Assembly (NCBI GenBank): GCA_964016885.1
Contig: OZ024743.1
Span: forward strand, 4,216,001 to 4,280,000
Reading direction: 5' to 3'
Length of the DNA stretch: 64,000 bases
Origin: Eledone cirrhosa
Lineage: Eukaryota
The notes below the pieces were generated by a model. That model saw only the letters and a list, made by a program, of their open reading frames with translations, searched no databases and was not told the origin of the DNA. Position numbers and translations under genes: made by a program. Below, in pieces: positions 37,685-50,612 of this stretch (positions within the stretch are counted from its first letter, which is position 1; each line of letters starts with the position of its first letter).

Positions 37685-39430
37685 ATGTTTTTTTTAGTTT
37701 ATGATTACAGATGTAAATCTTCTGCTTCATTTCTACAATTTGATATAGATAATTACTATTCTTCTATATCACCTATACTCCTGAACAAAGCATTGATATT
37801 TGCTAAAAATAGATCTAACTTAACTTTGGATGACATTAATATTATTACACATGCTAGACTAACACTTATTGAATTTCAGAATGAATACTGGACCAGAAAC
37901 ACATATAGTAATCTATTTGATATTACTATGGGTTCAAGCGATTCCGCCCAAATTACTGATCTTGTGGGCCTCTTTCTCCTTTTCAACATAAATGCCTCCT
38001 TTCCCCACCTCAAAGGTGGTTTATATCGTGATGACTGTCTTCTTCTTTCTAACAACCTTAGCCTTTCAGAAATTGAAAAAAACAAAAAACATATTAGAAC
38101 TCTCCTTAAAGACTATTATAATCTTCATATTACTTTTGAAAAAACAAGTAAAGTAGTAAATTTCCTAGATATAACTTTAGATTTAGCTACGGGTATCTAC
38201 CAACCTTACCATAAACCAAACCAAAACTTACATTACATACACTCACAATCTAATCACCCTAAATCTATCCTTAAAAACCTTGCATATAATATATCACTTA
38301 GAATTTCTAACCTTTCTTCTAACCAAGATGTATTTGATAAAAATGCGACCTTCTATAACGAAGCTCTAGATAGAAGTGGCCACAAAAATAGATTAGAATA
38401 TATACCTTCTACTAAAAATACTAAAAGCATACAACCTAATATTACCAACAAACACCAAATGAAAAGTACACACCTAAATGCCACCCACACTATACCCCAA
38501 AATACCAAATCTTCTAATATAAAATATAGTAACTCTCAAAAAACTACTCATCATACAACTCTAATAAATATTAATAATAAAACTCCTAATAAAAAAGATA
38601 AAACACCTAAATCTACAAATATAACTAAAGATGGTTGTGGTGAGATCATTAACATTAATCCTCCTAGTAAACATCACGATACAACCTATAAAAATAATAA
38701 AAATAATAAACAACATAGAAACCGTAATAGACGGGTTACTTGGTATAATGCTCCATTTAATTTACAAATTAAGGATAATATTGCTAAAAATGTTTTTTAT
38801 ATCCTAGAGAAAAACTTCCCGCCAAACCACAAATACCATCAAATCTTAAATAGGTCTACAGTTAAATTCTCATACTCAACAACAAATAACATAAAACAAA
38901 ATATAAGTGCCTATAATGCATATAAATGTAAGAAAACCATAAGTATACCACCAGTACATCAAATTAACCATAATATCTCCTCAAATACAGAATTAACGAA
39001 AGGTTGTAACTGTAGAAACAAAGCAAACTGCCCATTAAAAGGGAATTGTCTTGTTAACAACATAGTCTATAAATGTAATGTTAAAACTAAAGATTCTATT
39101 TGCTCATATATAGGAGCTACCTCTAACAATTTTAAGACAAGGTTTAATACCCACAAGCATAGTTTTAAAAATGCCGCACTGGCTAATACAACATCTCTAG
39201 CAGAAAAAATCAATAGTTATAAAAATAAGAATATAGAATATGATTTGACCTGGAGTGTGCTCAAAAGAGCCACCCCTTATCAAAATAATAGAAATGAATG
39301 TAGATTATGTTCCCAAGAACTATTTGAAATAATGAAATCTAAGGATATCCTATTAAATAAACGACAGGAATTAATTATATCGTGTAATCATAAACTAAAA
39401 AAAACATTTAAATATTATAAACCTAATTAA
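37685..39430 (+). CDS. PLE reverse transcriptase + C-terminal GIY-YIG endonuclease, N-terminally truncated but uninterrupted (581 aa)
   Basis: RT motifs A FDIDNYYSSI, B FDITMGSSDSAQITDLVG, C LYRDD and E FLDITL, thumb SNHP, CxCx5C linker (CNCRNKANC), IVYKC..YIGAT..KTRFNTH, CRLC..E, LNKR, CNH. The first ~8 codons come from the inverted arm. Confidence 0.93.
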   Translation: MFFLVYDYRCKSSASFLQFDIDNYYSSISPILLNKALIFAKNRSNLTLDDINIITHARLTLIEFQNEYWTRNTYSNLFDITMGSSDSAQITDLVGLFLLFNINASFPHLKGGLYRDDCLLLSNNLSLSEIEKNKKHIRTLLKDYYNLHITFEKTSKVVNFLDITLDLATGIYQPYHKPNQNLHYIHSQSNHPKSILKNLAYNISLRISNLSSNQDVFDKNATFYNEALDRSGHKNRLEYIPSTKNTKSIQPNITNKHQMKSTHLNATHTIPQNTKSSNIKYSNSQKTTHHTTLININNKTPNKKDKTPKSTNITKDGCGEIININPPSKHHDTTYKNNKNNKQHRNRNRRVTWYNAPFNLQIKDNIAKNVFYILEKNFPPNHKYHQILNRSTVKFSYSTTNNIKQNISAYNAYKCKKTISIPPVHQINHNISSNTELTKGCNCRNKANCPLKGNCLVNNIVYKCNVKTKDSICSYIGATSNNFKTRFNTHKHSFKNAALANTTSLAEKINSYKNKNIEYDLTWSVLKRATPYQNNRNECRLCSQELFEIMKSKDILLNKRQELIISCNHKLKKTFKYYKPN

Positions 39431-39922
39431 TAACATTATTTTAGAAATTAATTTAATTTAAATGTTAGTTAACCTATAAATTTAATTTAATTAAAATTCT
39501 ACTACAGATGAGAATATAAAATATTGTGTAATCATAAATTGTGAAAAACCTTTAAATATTACTAATATATACTTAGTAATTTAATTTATAGATTAATTTT
39601 AATTTATTTAAACCTTTTATTAAAATTCCTTTACAGATAAAATATAACAAAATATCGTGTATCCAATGACAGAGAAATAATTTTTAGTATTATAGACCTA
39701 ATTAATATACATTTTAGAAATATATTTATAATTTGGTTTTAAATTTAGTCAACCTAAAAATTTAATTTAATTGGCTTAAAATTAGTATCCTTATACAGAC
39801 GGATTGCAGAGTGTCATGTAATCATAGAATGGGATGTGTTTTGGATGTATACCTAGTTAATATATTCTTTGCAATTTTTGAAAAAATATGTATATGTATG
39901 TATGTATATGTATGTGTATGTA

Positions 39923-39979
<57 letters not shown>

Positions 39980-40970
39980 ATGTATATGTATATGTATATG
40001 TATTAATTTTGATTTCTATTTGCATATAATTATATTCTGCTATTGATAAAATACAATATCTGTTTTATTTATTATATACCTAATTAACATATACTATAGA
40101 AATTAATATATAATTTTTAATTTAGTTAACCTATAATTTATATTCTACTACCGATGTAATACTTTATTTGTTTTTTCCCTATTACTAAATTCATTTCCTA
40201 ATATTGATACCATAACGTTAATAACTTTAATTTAGTTATACTATAATTAATACTCTACTACTATTTAACTTCAAAATTCTGCTTCAAATATTATAAACCT
40301 AACTAATTTACACCTTAGAAATCAATATGTTAACTATCTTTAGTTTAGTTAACATATAATTAATGGTATACTTATTTTGAAATGCATAATTTTGCCTTAT
40401 TTCTTGTATTTCCTAACACTGAAACTATGTAAAAACATATATTGGGATCCAGATACAGATAATATTCTATGTTTCTTGAAACATATATTTACTATAATCC
40501 CCTTCTCCAACCCCCCCTTTCCCCCATACTATTATCATCTGTGTTTGTAAGCGTGTATGTATGAATATATATGTAGGTAGGTGTATATATGTTTGGGTAT
40601 TTATATCTGAATATAAAAATACATATATGCACATGCAAATAAGAATGTAAGATTGTGTGAATATATATGTGTGTATATATATATATATGTGTATATATGC
40701 ATGTGTATATATATGTGTATATGTATATATATATATATGTGTATATGTGTATATGTGTGTGGGCGTGTATGTGTGTGTGTATATATATATATATATGTGT
40801 GTATGTATGTGTATATATATATGTGTATATATATGTATGTCTCTCTATATATATGTCTATCTTCGTATCTATGTGGCTATATGTGTGTATGTACATGTAT
40901 GCACATGTATATGTTTATGTGTATATGTGTGTATGTGTATATATGTACGTGTGCGCACATATATATGTGA

Positions 40971-41010
<40 letters not shown>

Positions 41011-41625
41011 GTATATCTATGTGTGTATATATGTCTATATTCGTATGTGTATATATATATATATATATTATTTAATATTATAATATAACTTATGTGTATG
41101 TGTGTATATGTGAGGGTGTGTATATGTATATATATGTATATATATGTGTAAAAAAATATATATGTGTATGTGTGTTTTTTTTGTGTGTGTGTATATATAT
41201 GTATGTATATATGTGTGTATGTGTGTGTTTGTATGTGTGTTTATGGTTGTATGTGTGTGTGGGTGTATATATATAGATGTATGTGTATATATATATATAT
41301 ATATGTGTATATGTATCTCTATTATTGTGTGTATATATGTATATGTATATACCTTTTTCTTTGTATGTCTGAGTTGTGTGAGAGTGTAGTGGTGTTTGTA
41401 TGTATATACGCATATATGGATGCGTATGTATTTGTATATATGAGTATATGTAAGTGCGTATGTATGTATGAATATATATCTATGTCTATGTATGAGTATA
41501 TATGTGTGTGTATGTATGTTGTGTGTGTATATATGTATGTGTCTATGTGTGTATATATATATATATATGTGTGTATATGTATGTATGTATGTGTATGTAT
41601 GTACATATATGTCTATGTATATGTG

Positions 41626-41674
<49 letters not shown>

Positions 41675-42189
41675 TTATTTTATATATATGTGTGTGTGTG
41701 TATGTGTGTGTGTGTATATATATCTTTATATATGTGTATGTGTATGTTCGTGTAGGTGTATGTGTGTGTATGACTATATATGTATGTGTGTATGTGTGTA
41801 TGTATGTATATGTATGTGTGAGTACATGTATGTATGTGTATGTATATATATGTGTGTATATGTGTATGTATATATATATATATATATGTGTATATATATA
41901 TATATATGTATATGTATCTCTATTTGTATGTGTATATGTGTATAGGTATATACCTTTTTCTTTGTATGTCTGAGTTGTGTGAGAGTGTAGTGGTGTTTGT
42001 ATGTATATACCGATATATGGATGCGTAAGTATTTGTGTGTATGTATGTATGTATGTCTGTATGTATTTGTGTGTATATATAGGTATGTATGTGTATATCT
42101 GTATGTATATAAGTATGTATGTGTATGTATATGTGCGTGTATGTGTATATATATGTGTGTCTATATATGTATGTGTGATTATATGTGTA

Positions 42190-42222
<33 letters not shown>

Positions 42223-42310
42223 TTATATGTATGTGTGTATATGTGTGTATGTGTGTATATGTATATGTTTATATATGTGTGTGTATGTGTGTTCTAAGTG
42301 TAGATGTGTG

Positions 42311-42360
<50 letters not shown>

Positions 42361-42978
42361 CTTGATATATTTCTTTTTTCTTTTTTCTTTTTCTTTTCTT
42401 TCCTTTTTAATTTTTATTTTTTATTTCTTAGTTTATAGATACATCTATAAATAAGCAGTCTGCCCAAACCGTTGAATACTGACCTCTCCCCCCCTCCCAC
42501 CTAATTTCTGTATCTTGATCTAAATGTGTGTGGCAGTGTTTATGTGAGTGAATTAATATCCATGTGCTTATGATAATATTATATCCACATATATATATGT
42601 GTGTGGGGGTGTGTGTGTGTATGTATGTTCGTAATTATGTGTATGTTTATGCATATACGCGCGCGTGTGTGTGAGTGTACGGATATGTGTGAGTATGAGA
42701 ATATGTGTATACACTTATTTCATATTTATGTGTCTATACGCATCTTATCTGTGCATTATAAACTTACAGAGACATTAACCTTGAAATTTTGTATTTGCAT
42801 GCATCTTTTTGGCATGCGTATGCATGTTGAGCATACATCTTTGTATAAATATGTGTACGGGGTAGTTACATGTATATACACACGCCAAACTGCATAAAAC
42901 CTTTTGTATTTTCATTGGTCAATTTTGTTCCCAAACGGACCTGAAATTTTGAATTGTTGTTATTATCAATAAATATAT

Positions 42979-43133
42979 TTCATTATTTCTGAAGACGGCG
43001 TATATGTGTGTTTGGTATGTATATTTAATCTTGATAGTTTGTATAATTTTGTATAATTTTGTACATAGATCTGTTGAATATGCATGCCAATTCTAACACA
43101 TATATATCCTAGAAACGATCGTTAAATAATGAA
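42979..43133 (+). ncRNA. Hammerhead ribozyme with ~115-nt helix II domain
   Basis: ttcattattt-CTGAAGA-cggcgtatatgtgt...acacatatatatccta-GAAA-cgatcg-TT-aaataatgaa. Helix I is 10 bp and helix III is palindromic. Confidence 0.78.
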
Positions 43134-43325
43134 CTTTTTTTGTTTAATATAAGGAACTGTTTCATTGTTTTATTCATTATTTGTTTAATATTTTATCTTG
43201 ACTCTGTATACCGTTTATCTTTCACCGAAAGTGATTTTTCATTACATCTCTTCTTTCCATGATATCCGGAATACATTGAGTTCTTCATACGGATTGGACA
43301 CTACCTTAAACTCTTGGTAGATTTA

Positions 43326-43402
<77 letters not shown>

Positions 43403-43406
<4 letters not shown>

Positions 43407-43563
43407 CGAAGGAAATGTGGCAAGGAACCAGGTGGACCATAACGCACCAAAGTACTCAATACTTAGGGTAGTAGAGTGGGTAATAGGCACGAGTAGGACC
43501 CCGACGGCTGAGAATTAGCCGTCGAAACGGCTGGAGCTAAGCCGTCGGGGTCCTACTCGTTCC

Positions 43564-43565
<2 letters not shown>
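43403..43565. mobile_element. Mini fold-back element, family E copy 2
   Basis: Near-identical to 33457-33640 in the same orientation, with a different inner junction. Confidence 0.75.
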
Positions 43566-43596
<31 letters not shown>

Positions 43597-46500
43597 TGAT
43601 GTAAGTTACAAATAAAAATATATGCAATGCTATTCTTCTACAACACGTTTTCGTTTCCATCCACTTCTTGCCTAGTCATATCATCATAAATATTTGAACA
43701 CTGGCCAACTTCAATTGCTACAGATCCTTTGTAAAACAATGTAGGGAAAGAATATCTACACAGCCACCATCACTATCACGAGCATTATACCATCCACCAA
43801 GCTACCCTGCCCTTTTGAATAAGATAGCAAATCAACTTTGTCTGTAGCTGATTGCTAGAGAAGATAACACATGTAGAGAGTGAGGCATCCCTTCATCCTT
43901 TAGGATGTAGAGGCAACGCAACAGACATTATATTCATTTTTGAAACTATATTACATGAGTGAGGCGGAGAACATCCCTATGCAAGATGTATCCACCAGAA
44001 ACATTAAACTTATACAAATAACAAATATTCCTGGTTATTTAGAGAACAGCAACCTCTACAGGCTGGAGCAATAATTACATTCTGCCATATTTATATTTCA
44101 GCAAACGTAAATCAAGCCACACAGGACATATGTAACATGATATGGATAGTTCATTATGTATGTGATATTATTAGCTTACATCAAAGCCTCTGCTTGTAGC
44201 CCGGGACTCAGTCAATCACTCTTTTTTGTTTTGACTATACATTTTAAGGTTATATTTTTATTCTATTTCAACATTTCACGAAGCAATTTTCTTAATAAGA
44301 AATAGCACAGAAATAGCGTTTTCATATATAAAACTAAGCCTCAGTTGCCTGTCTCAATAAATAATATAAACTATATAATTGTATACATACACTACACACA
44401 TATACACACACCCATGGACGAACACACATGCATATCAATAATAATAATAATAATAATAACACACACATATATGTATATATATAGAGAGGGGGGGGGGAAG
44501 AGATAGAGAGAGCGAGCGAGAGAGAGAGAATTGGAGTATAAGTGTACATATCTACTTAGGAATCTATATCAAAATATCGATAAACTCAATTTATGATAAT
44601 CATCAGCTATCTTACAAGTCAGAATACTCCATGGTAAAATATTGTGTACGATCAAGATAATTGAAGATAAACAGTCGCATTGCGATAACCAAACAACGCA
44701 GCGTAGTTTTGTGCATAAATTAACGTTAATATATACATAATCGTATTTATTGCATATTACGTATTTCAGTGACACCAGTCTCACTGAAATACGTATTATG
44801 CAAAACATAAAATCATGTAACACCTGTCTTAGCGTTAATTTGTATATAATTGAAAAAGGAGGTAAAGTTACATACATATCAAAATTTATAAGTAGAAAGT
44901 ACAAGTTAAAAAGCACATGGATATATTTAAAGATAATTCCTTCTTTAATCAGACAGAATAAACATTTTCATAATTGTTACATTAAAAGGATTCAGATTTT
45001 GTCAAATATTAACGATTTCAATAGGTATATCAATCGTATCAAATATTAAAGAAAGTTTGTTCTCATATTGTGTAGGCCGTTGGAACATATGTACATTTTC
45101 TGTCAAAATGTCTTCGTATATATATATTCTTTATGAAGTTGAGGTGGTGATGGTGGAAGTGGGTTTAAACAGGTCAGGGTTCAATCGCAAAATTATTTGA
45201 GAATGATCCCTGGCTGAATATCTCTGCAGGAAACACAAAATATTGTTTTAGCTGGTACGGCACACGTATTGAGATCACTGTGGCTGGGCTGTGTGAGTGA
45301 AAAACCTTTATATATATTTTTATTTTTCAATTTTGTTTTACATAAGTTTATTTGATTATATCCCATAATTATGTAAGCTGTAAATACTCGAGCATTCTGC
45401 TGTAAATGGGATTTTAAACATGATGTAGACATGTATAAAGCAAATTATATATTTATAACTGTGTAAAGTGCGTGACGTGAACGATCTGGTATGTATAGTG
45501 TATATATTTGTGTGGCCTATGCAGTGAGATTCTTTGCCCTAGGTGCCGAGAAGACACCCGGCAAAAAATCGAAATGAAACTGGTGGAAAAGAAAAAAAAT
45601 CAAATATTAATAGTTTTTGATTTAGACACAAGGCCAACAATTTTTGAGGATGGGTAAGTCGTTGCTGGTGCTTTATTTTATCGACTCCGTAAGAAAAAGC
45701 TAGCTTCGGCGAATAACGCGTACATACATTAAAGTAAAAACATCGACAATTCACTGTGTAGTTAGCCAGAGTTTCTGAATGTGTAATAGGTCCAAGCAAC
45801 TGGAATTTTGCACAATCATTAAACTCTGACTTAACAAATACGTCTGTGTGCGTGATTTTATTGATGTGTTGGAAGAAGTTGATATGTGGGTGTGTATTGC
45901 AAAATATGAGATTAAAAATGGAGGCAAATCACTAATTGCAATATCGAAGACGATTCAGTGTTTTATCATTGGTTTGGGCGGGGGGTTATCGCCTTTTACG
46001 ATAAATGTTGTGCCGACCAGTCAAATAAATTTCACAGAAGTATTCTACGTCGTAGATTTCTGACAGTGATATTGAACAAGTGATATTCATTAATCAACTT
46101 TATGATTCATATTCTTAAAATCTGTTATATTGTTAGAGAGTTTCCAAGTCACAAGATTAATTTTTTCGATGTTATTTCTTCCTTTCGAATCGAATTATTG
46201 CGTACTAGATTACATTTGATTACATATTCTCTCGCTCTCTCACTCTCTTTCTCTCTCTCTCCATCTCTCTTTCTCTCTCTGACACACACACACACACAAA
46301 TACGCAAGTGCGCGCACACACACACACAAACACAGACACACACACATACACACACATACACAGACACACGAACAAACACGCACACGCACAAACACACAAC
46401 TACACAAACACACACACACAAACACACACATACACACACAAACACACAAACACATACACACATACATACATACACAACCACACGTACAAACTCGCTCGCA

Positions 46501-49500
46501 AACACGCACATAAAACACACACACAAACACACAGAAACACTAACAAAAACACGCACAGAAACATGCACGCACACACGTACACAAACACGTACACATACAC
46601 ACACACATGCGCATACACACATAAACTGCTTCCTTAAAATACATAGCTATTGTGCAGAGGCAAATTGTGATGAGTACTGTAGGACGTTGTACGAAGTTGT
46701 AGAACGCTGTAGTAATTATCTTGGAATCAATTATATTTTTTTCGAAACAAGCAAAAGATTATAAAACCAATCAAATAACGAAGGAAATTATTTAAAGAAA
46801 AAGGTTTGGGAATATATCTTCAGTTCATCTTGTGCCATCGGATACGTTACTTGATTGCATATTAGAATTAGTCATTATGAAAGGAATCGGTTCTAAGGAA
46901 CAGAATCGTTCTAACGAACAGAAGTATTACTACTCCAAATCAAATAATATCATGAAATTTAGAAGTCAACCTCATACTTTCAAACTGCACGTAAATGGGG
47001 ATAGTCTTCCTCTTAAATCGTCTTCACGTTGTCCTACGTTGTCCCCCACACTGTCCTCACGCCAATGAGAGCCGAAAATTGTGAAGCTAATGGCGAAACC
47101 CGAACGAGTGAAGAACATAGTTATATGACAAACTATGAAATGATGATATGACCTAGAATTCGTTTGATCATAGCTTTGTCCGTTAAAGACTGTTCGGGGG
47201 AGTAACCTACAAAACAAACCTTTCTCCTAGTTACCTTCGCCTTCCTTTACTAATCTTCCTATAACTCTTTACTCTGGCACGTTTTCCTTATGTATGTGAT
47301 AACCTATTCACTTTAAATGTCTCTCTCTAGAGAAGCAATTTTTTCTATAATTTGCATTCTTACAGGTTTATTTAATTTTGTTTTCTATAGAAAACTTCTC
47401 TGTATTTAAAATAACAATAGAAGTTCAAATTGACATGCCATGGTTGAAGGACCTCTTACAGACAAGAATGAAATCGCCCACCTACGCTTTTCCATTAAAT
47501 AATTCCTAATAACTTAATCAACTATATACAGCCATATTACTGAAAGCACAATAAGTGTCTTATTTTGAGAACTAATATCCCAAGAAGAGTATCTATATCT
47601 ATTTGGATGTACGCTATCAGTATGAAATGCCAGCGTAAACAATAATACATTTTTTACGATCTAACCATCTGCAAATAAAATATCTACAATGCTGTGATGC
47701 AATTGGATTTGATAACACCTTTTAGCTGATATAGGGATGGAATTTGGTTAAGTCAAATATTCATACCTTATCGCTAGAAAGTTGTTTTTCAACTAAAACC
47801 TTTTGTCAGTGGAATTACTACCTTTCTTCTTCACGAATACAGCAGATAAATTAATACTGACAAATAACGTTAAAGTGGTCCATGAATTTACTTAATGGAA
47901 AGGTATGTATATGGTTGCATGCCTTGCGAGAAATAGTGGAAATGACCCACAGTAATAGCATATCCTACGAAAAAGATTGGAATATTTGCGGCATAAATGA
48001 AAATAAATCCTATATCGGCTCACTCAATATTGACCTGTTACTTAGCAATAAAACCGATACCACACATCAAAACATATCGGTTTTAGAACTTTCGTTTAAA
48101 AGACAAATCATTGTCCCCCGCACGAGGGATTTCCAATGTTAGTTCTCTTTCAAATATTTCGTGCACTTAATTGTATTGTCGAACAAATCCGCTTCACTGA
48201 TATGTAAATCTTCAAGATCAAGGCTTGAAATGCAGATTCTATAGAATTAGGGAAATATACGACTGGCTCTGACTCAAAAACAAAACCTAAACCGACAAGG
48301 GAAAAGCATTAAAATCAGTGTCGACATCTTTGATGTGTCACATGCTGTCATGTTGATAGTACCTTTCAAACGTCGGTAGCAAAAGCAATTATATCACGTA
48401 TGTCTCGTAATAAAGAATGCTACAGCCTATGGGACATGAGTGAAATTCTCAAGGCTCACTCAGTTCTTTTAAACATTATATACCCTTCTAGAAAAACCGT
48501 ATGAACCTATCCTAAGTAAGACGATAAAACTCTTCTACTTACCAACACAAGGTTATAAATAAGTACATTTTGCAGCCCTTACATCATATCACAATTCGAA
48601 AGATCATATATTGCAATTCAAGGGGAAGCTTGCTTTATGAAAAAGTTATTTAAGAAATCATACAATTAAAATCTGAAAAACCTAAAATACGCTCGAAATA
48701 TTGATTATCATATATTACCCGACTACATTACACAAGGTATCAGCATATACCTAGAAAATATCATTAAGTTATTACTTTCCAAAGTGACATGACGTTGCGG
48801 ATAAAACAAAATACAATGCCATTCATAGAAACGAGTGCGTGTCTGTGTGCTTAGGTAGGGCTGATAAGAAGATGGTGAATAAACTTAGTTAGGTATCAGA
48901 ATACAGTAATATTTTTCTAGCGTCATAGTGCCTATGTCTTGTAATTATCTTATTCACTGGCGAAATGATGTCTGTGCTGTGTTTTGTTTGCTAGTTTGAA
49001 ATGCAATGTTTCTGTGGTTGCAAGTGGAAGGGGGCATGTTAGTTTGAGATAAGTTGTTTTATTACAGAAAGAGGTAAATGTCTTATCGTGTTGAGTTTTA
49101 CTGAAATGGGATAAAAGTTAATATATATAGTTTCTGATTTCATTAAGAACTATCTTATCAACGTTTCTGTGCTTCCTATACATTTCTTGGCAGATGAATC
49201 TTTTGTGGGTGCCGAATTTCATAGCGTTTTGTCCCTTCGAATATGTATATGCTCGGCTAATTTTACCATCACATTTTTTTTTTTTTTTGAGGTTCCTTGA
49301 TAAATTATATATATATATATATATTCTACATTTTAGCATTGGAAATATTGGTGGAACATTCTCGAAAAGCTGGAATTTTGAGACAAACAAAATGGCTATC
49401 TAACGCATACTTTTGAAGTTCAATCTCTAAGCGCAACAGTAACAATATGCAAATCTCTTCTAAACATCCAGTATGTAAATATTTGTACTTATTGTATTGT

Positions 49501-49791
49501 ACTTATTGTATTTGTACTTATTGTATTGTATATTTGTACTTATATAATCCAATGATAAATATATAAATGCAAGAAAATAAAGTCATTATACAGACATAAA
49601 TGCATACATACATGCAAAAATAGATACACCGATTGAATTAAAACAGTGTAGATGATAAACATATCTATGACAATAAAAATCTGAATTACGTTCTAAAAGT
49701 TCAATGAAGAAATAATTGATCCAAAATATGATGTAAAGAGCAGCAAGCTTGTTCTTTTAGATGATGTTAGATAAACTTCTATAGAATAGAA

Positions 49792-50083
49792 CATACGAAA
49801 TTTACTATCATTTTTCGCCACGAACTTACGCTGATATTTATATTGATTTTATCACGGATATCATTTAGAGAGAAAACCTGCACATATATAACATCATATA
49901 TAAATGTTCTGACTTTCTCTGCTCTGAGTTAAAACCCCAGCGATATTAAGTTTTACTTTTATTTATCCGAGGTTGGTAAATAAATCACCACTAGATTACA
50001 GAGTTACGTTTTGATAGCAGATAATCTGACTGTTTATAACAGGCAGCAAACTTCAAGGATTTCATACATACACAAATACAAAC

Positions 50084-50182
<99 letters not shown>

Positions 50183-50375
50183 TACATCCGCACCCAACAA
50201 CACACACGTTCGTGTGTGTGTGTGTCATATACATATCTATCATATCAAACATATACAAGGCTGACAGAGTGATCTACAAGTAGCGTATTGCACTACTCTT
50301 CAGGAATGCAAGCAACTTCATATGAAATTTGCGCTATTTGCTATTTTCCGAGATAACTTTTAAAATATTTTGCTT

Positions 50376-50422
<47 letters not shown>

Positions 50423-50612
50423 GCATTTTATACAAGCAGATTGGTAGGTAATCAGGGAAAAAGCAGATAAGTAGACAATATGACCTTAGATAAACCCGTA
50501 TACAACATACCTGTATACGAAATTTACTATAAATTTTCGCCACGAAAATTCGTTGATTGTTATACTGATTTAGTCACGGATATCATTTAGAGAGAAAGTT
50601 TGCACATATATG
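49792..50612 (+). repeat. Diverged ~100-bp direct repeat pair (~49792-49890 and ~50514-50612)
   Basis: Shared ttttcgccacgaa...tcacggatatcatttagagagaaa..tgcacatatat. Confidence 0.75.

Larger units (their letters stand above)
33828..43328 (+). mobile_element. Giant palindromic Penelope-like element
   Basis: Left arm 33828-37709 is the reverse complement of 39383-43196. The spacer is the RT-EN ORF, the right end extends ~130 nt further, there is an HHR near both outer ends, and (TA)n lies on both sides. Confidence 0.95.

Noticed and set aside
33828-43196. DNA transposon with long TIRs (foldback or Polinton)
   Set aside because: Encodes RT+GIY-YIG rather than a transposase or polymerase B; one arm overlaps the ORF end and the arms are asymmetric.
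46102-46764. 220-aa His/Thr-rich ORF
   Set aside because: Degenerate (CA)n tract, open on both strands in several frames.
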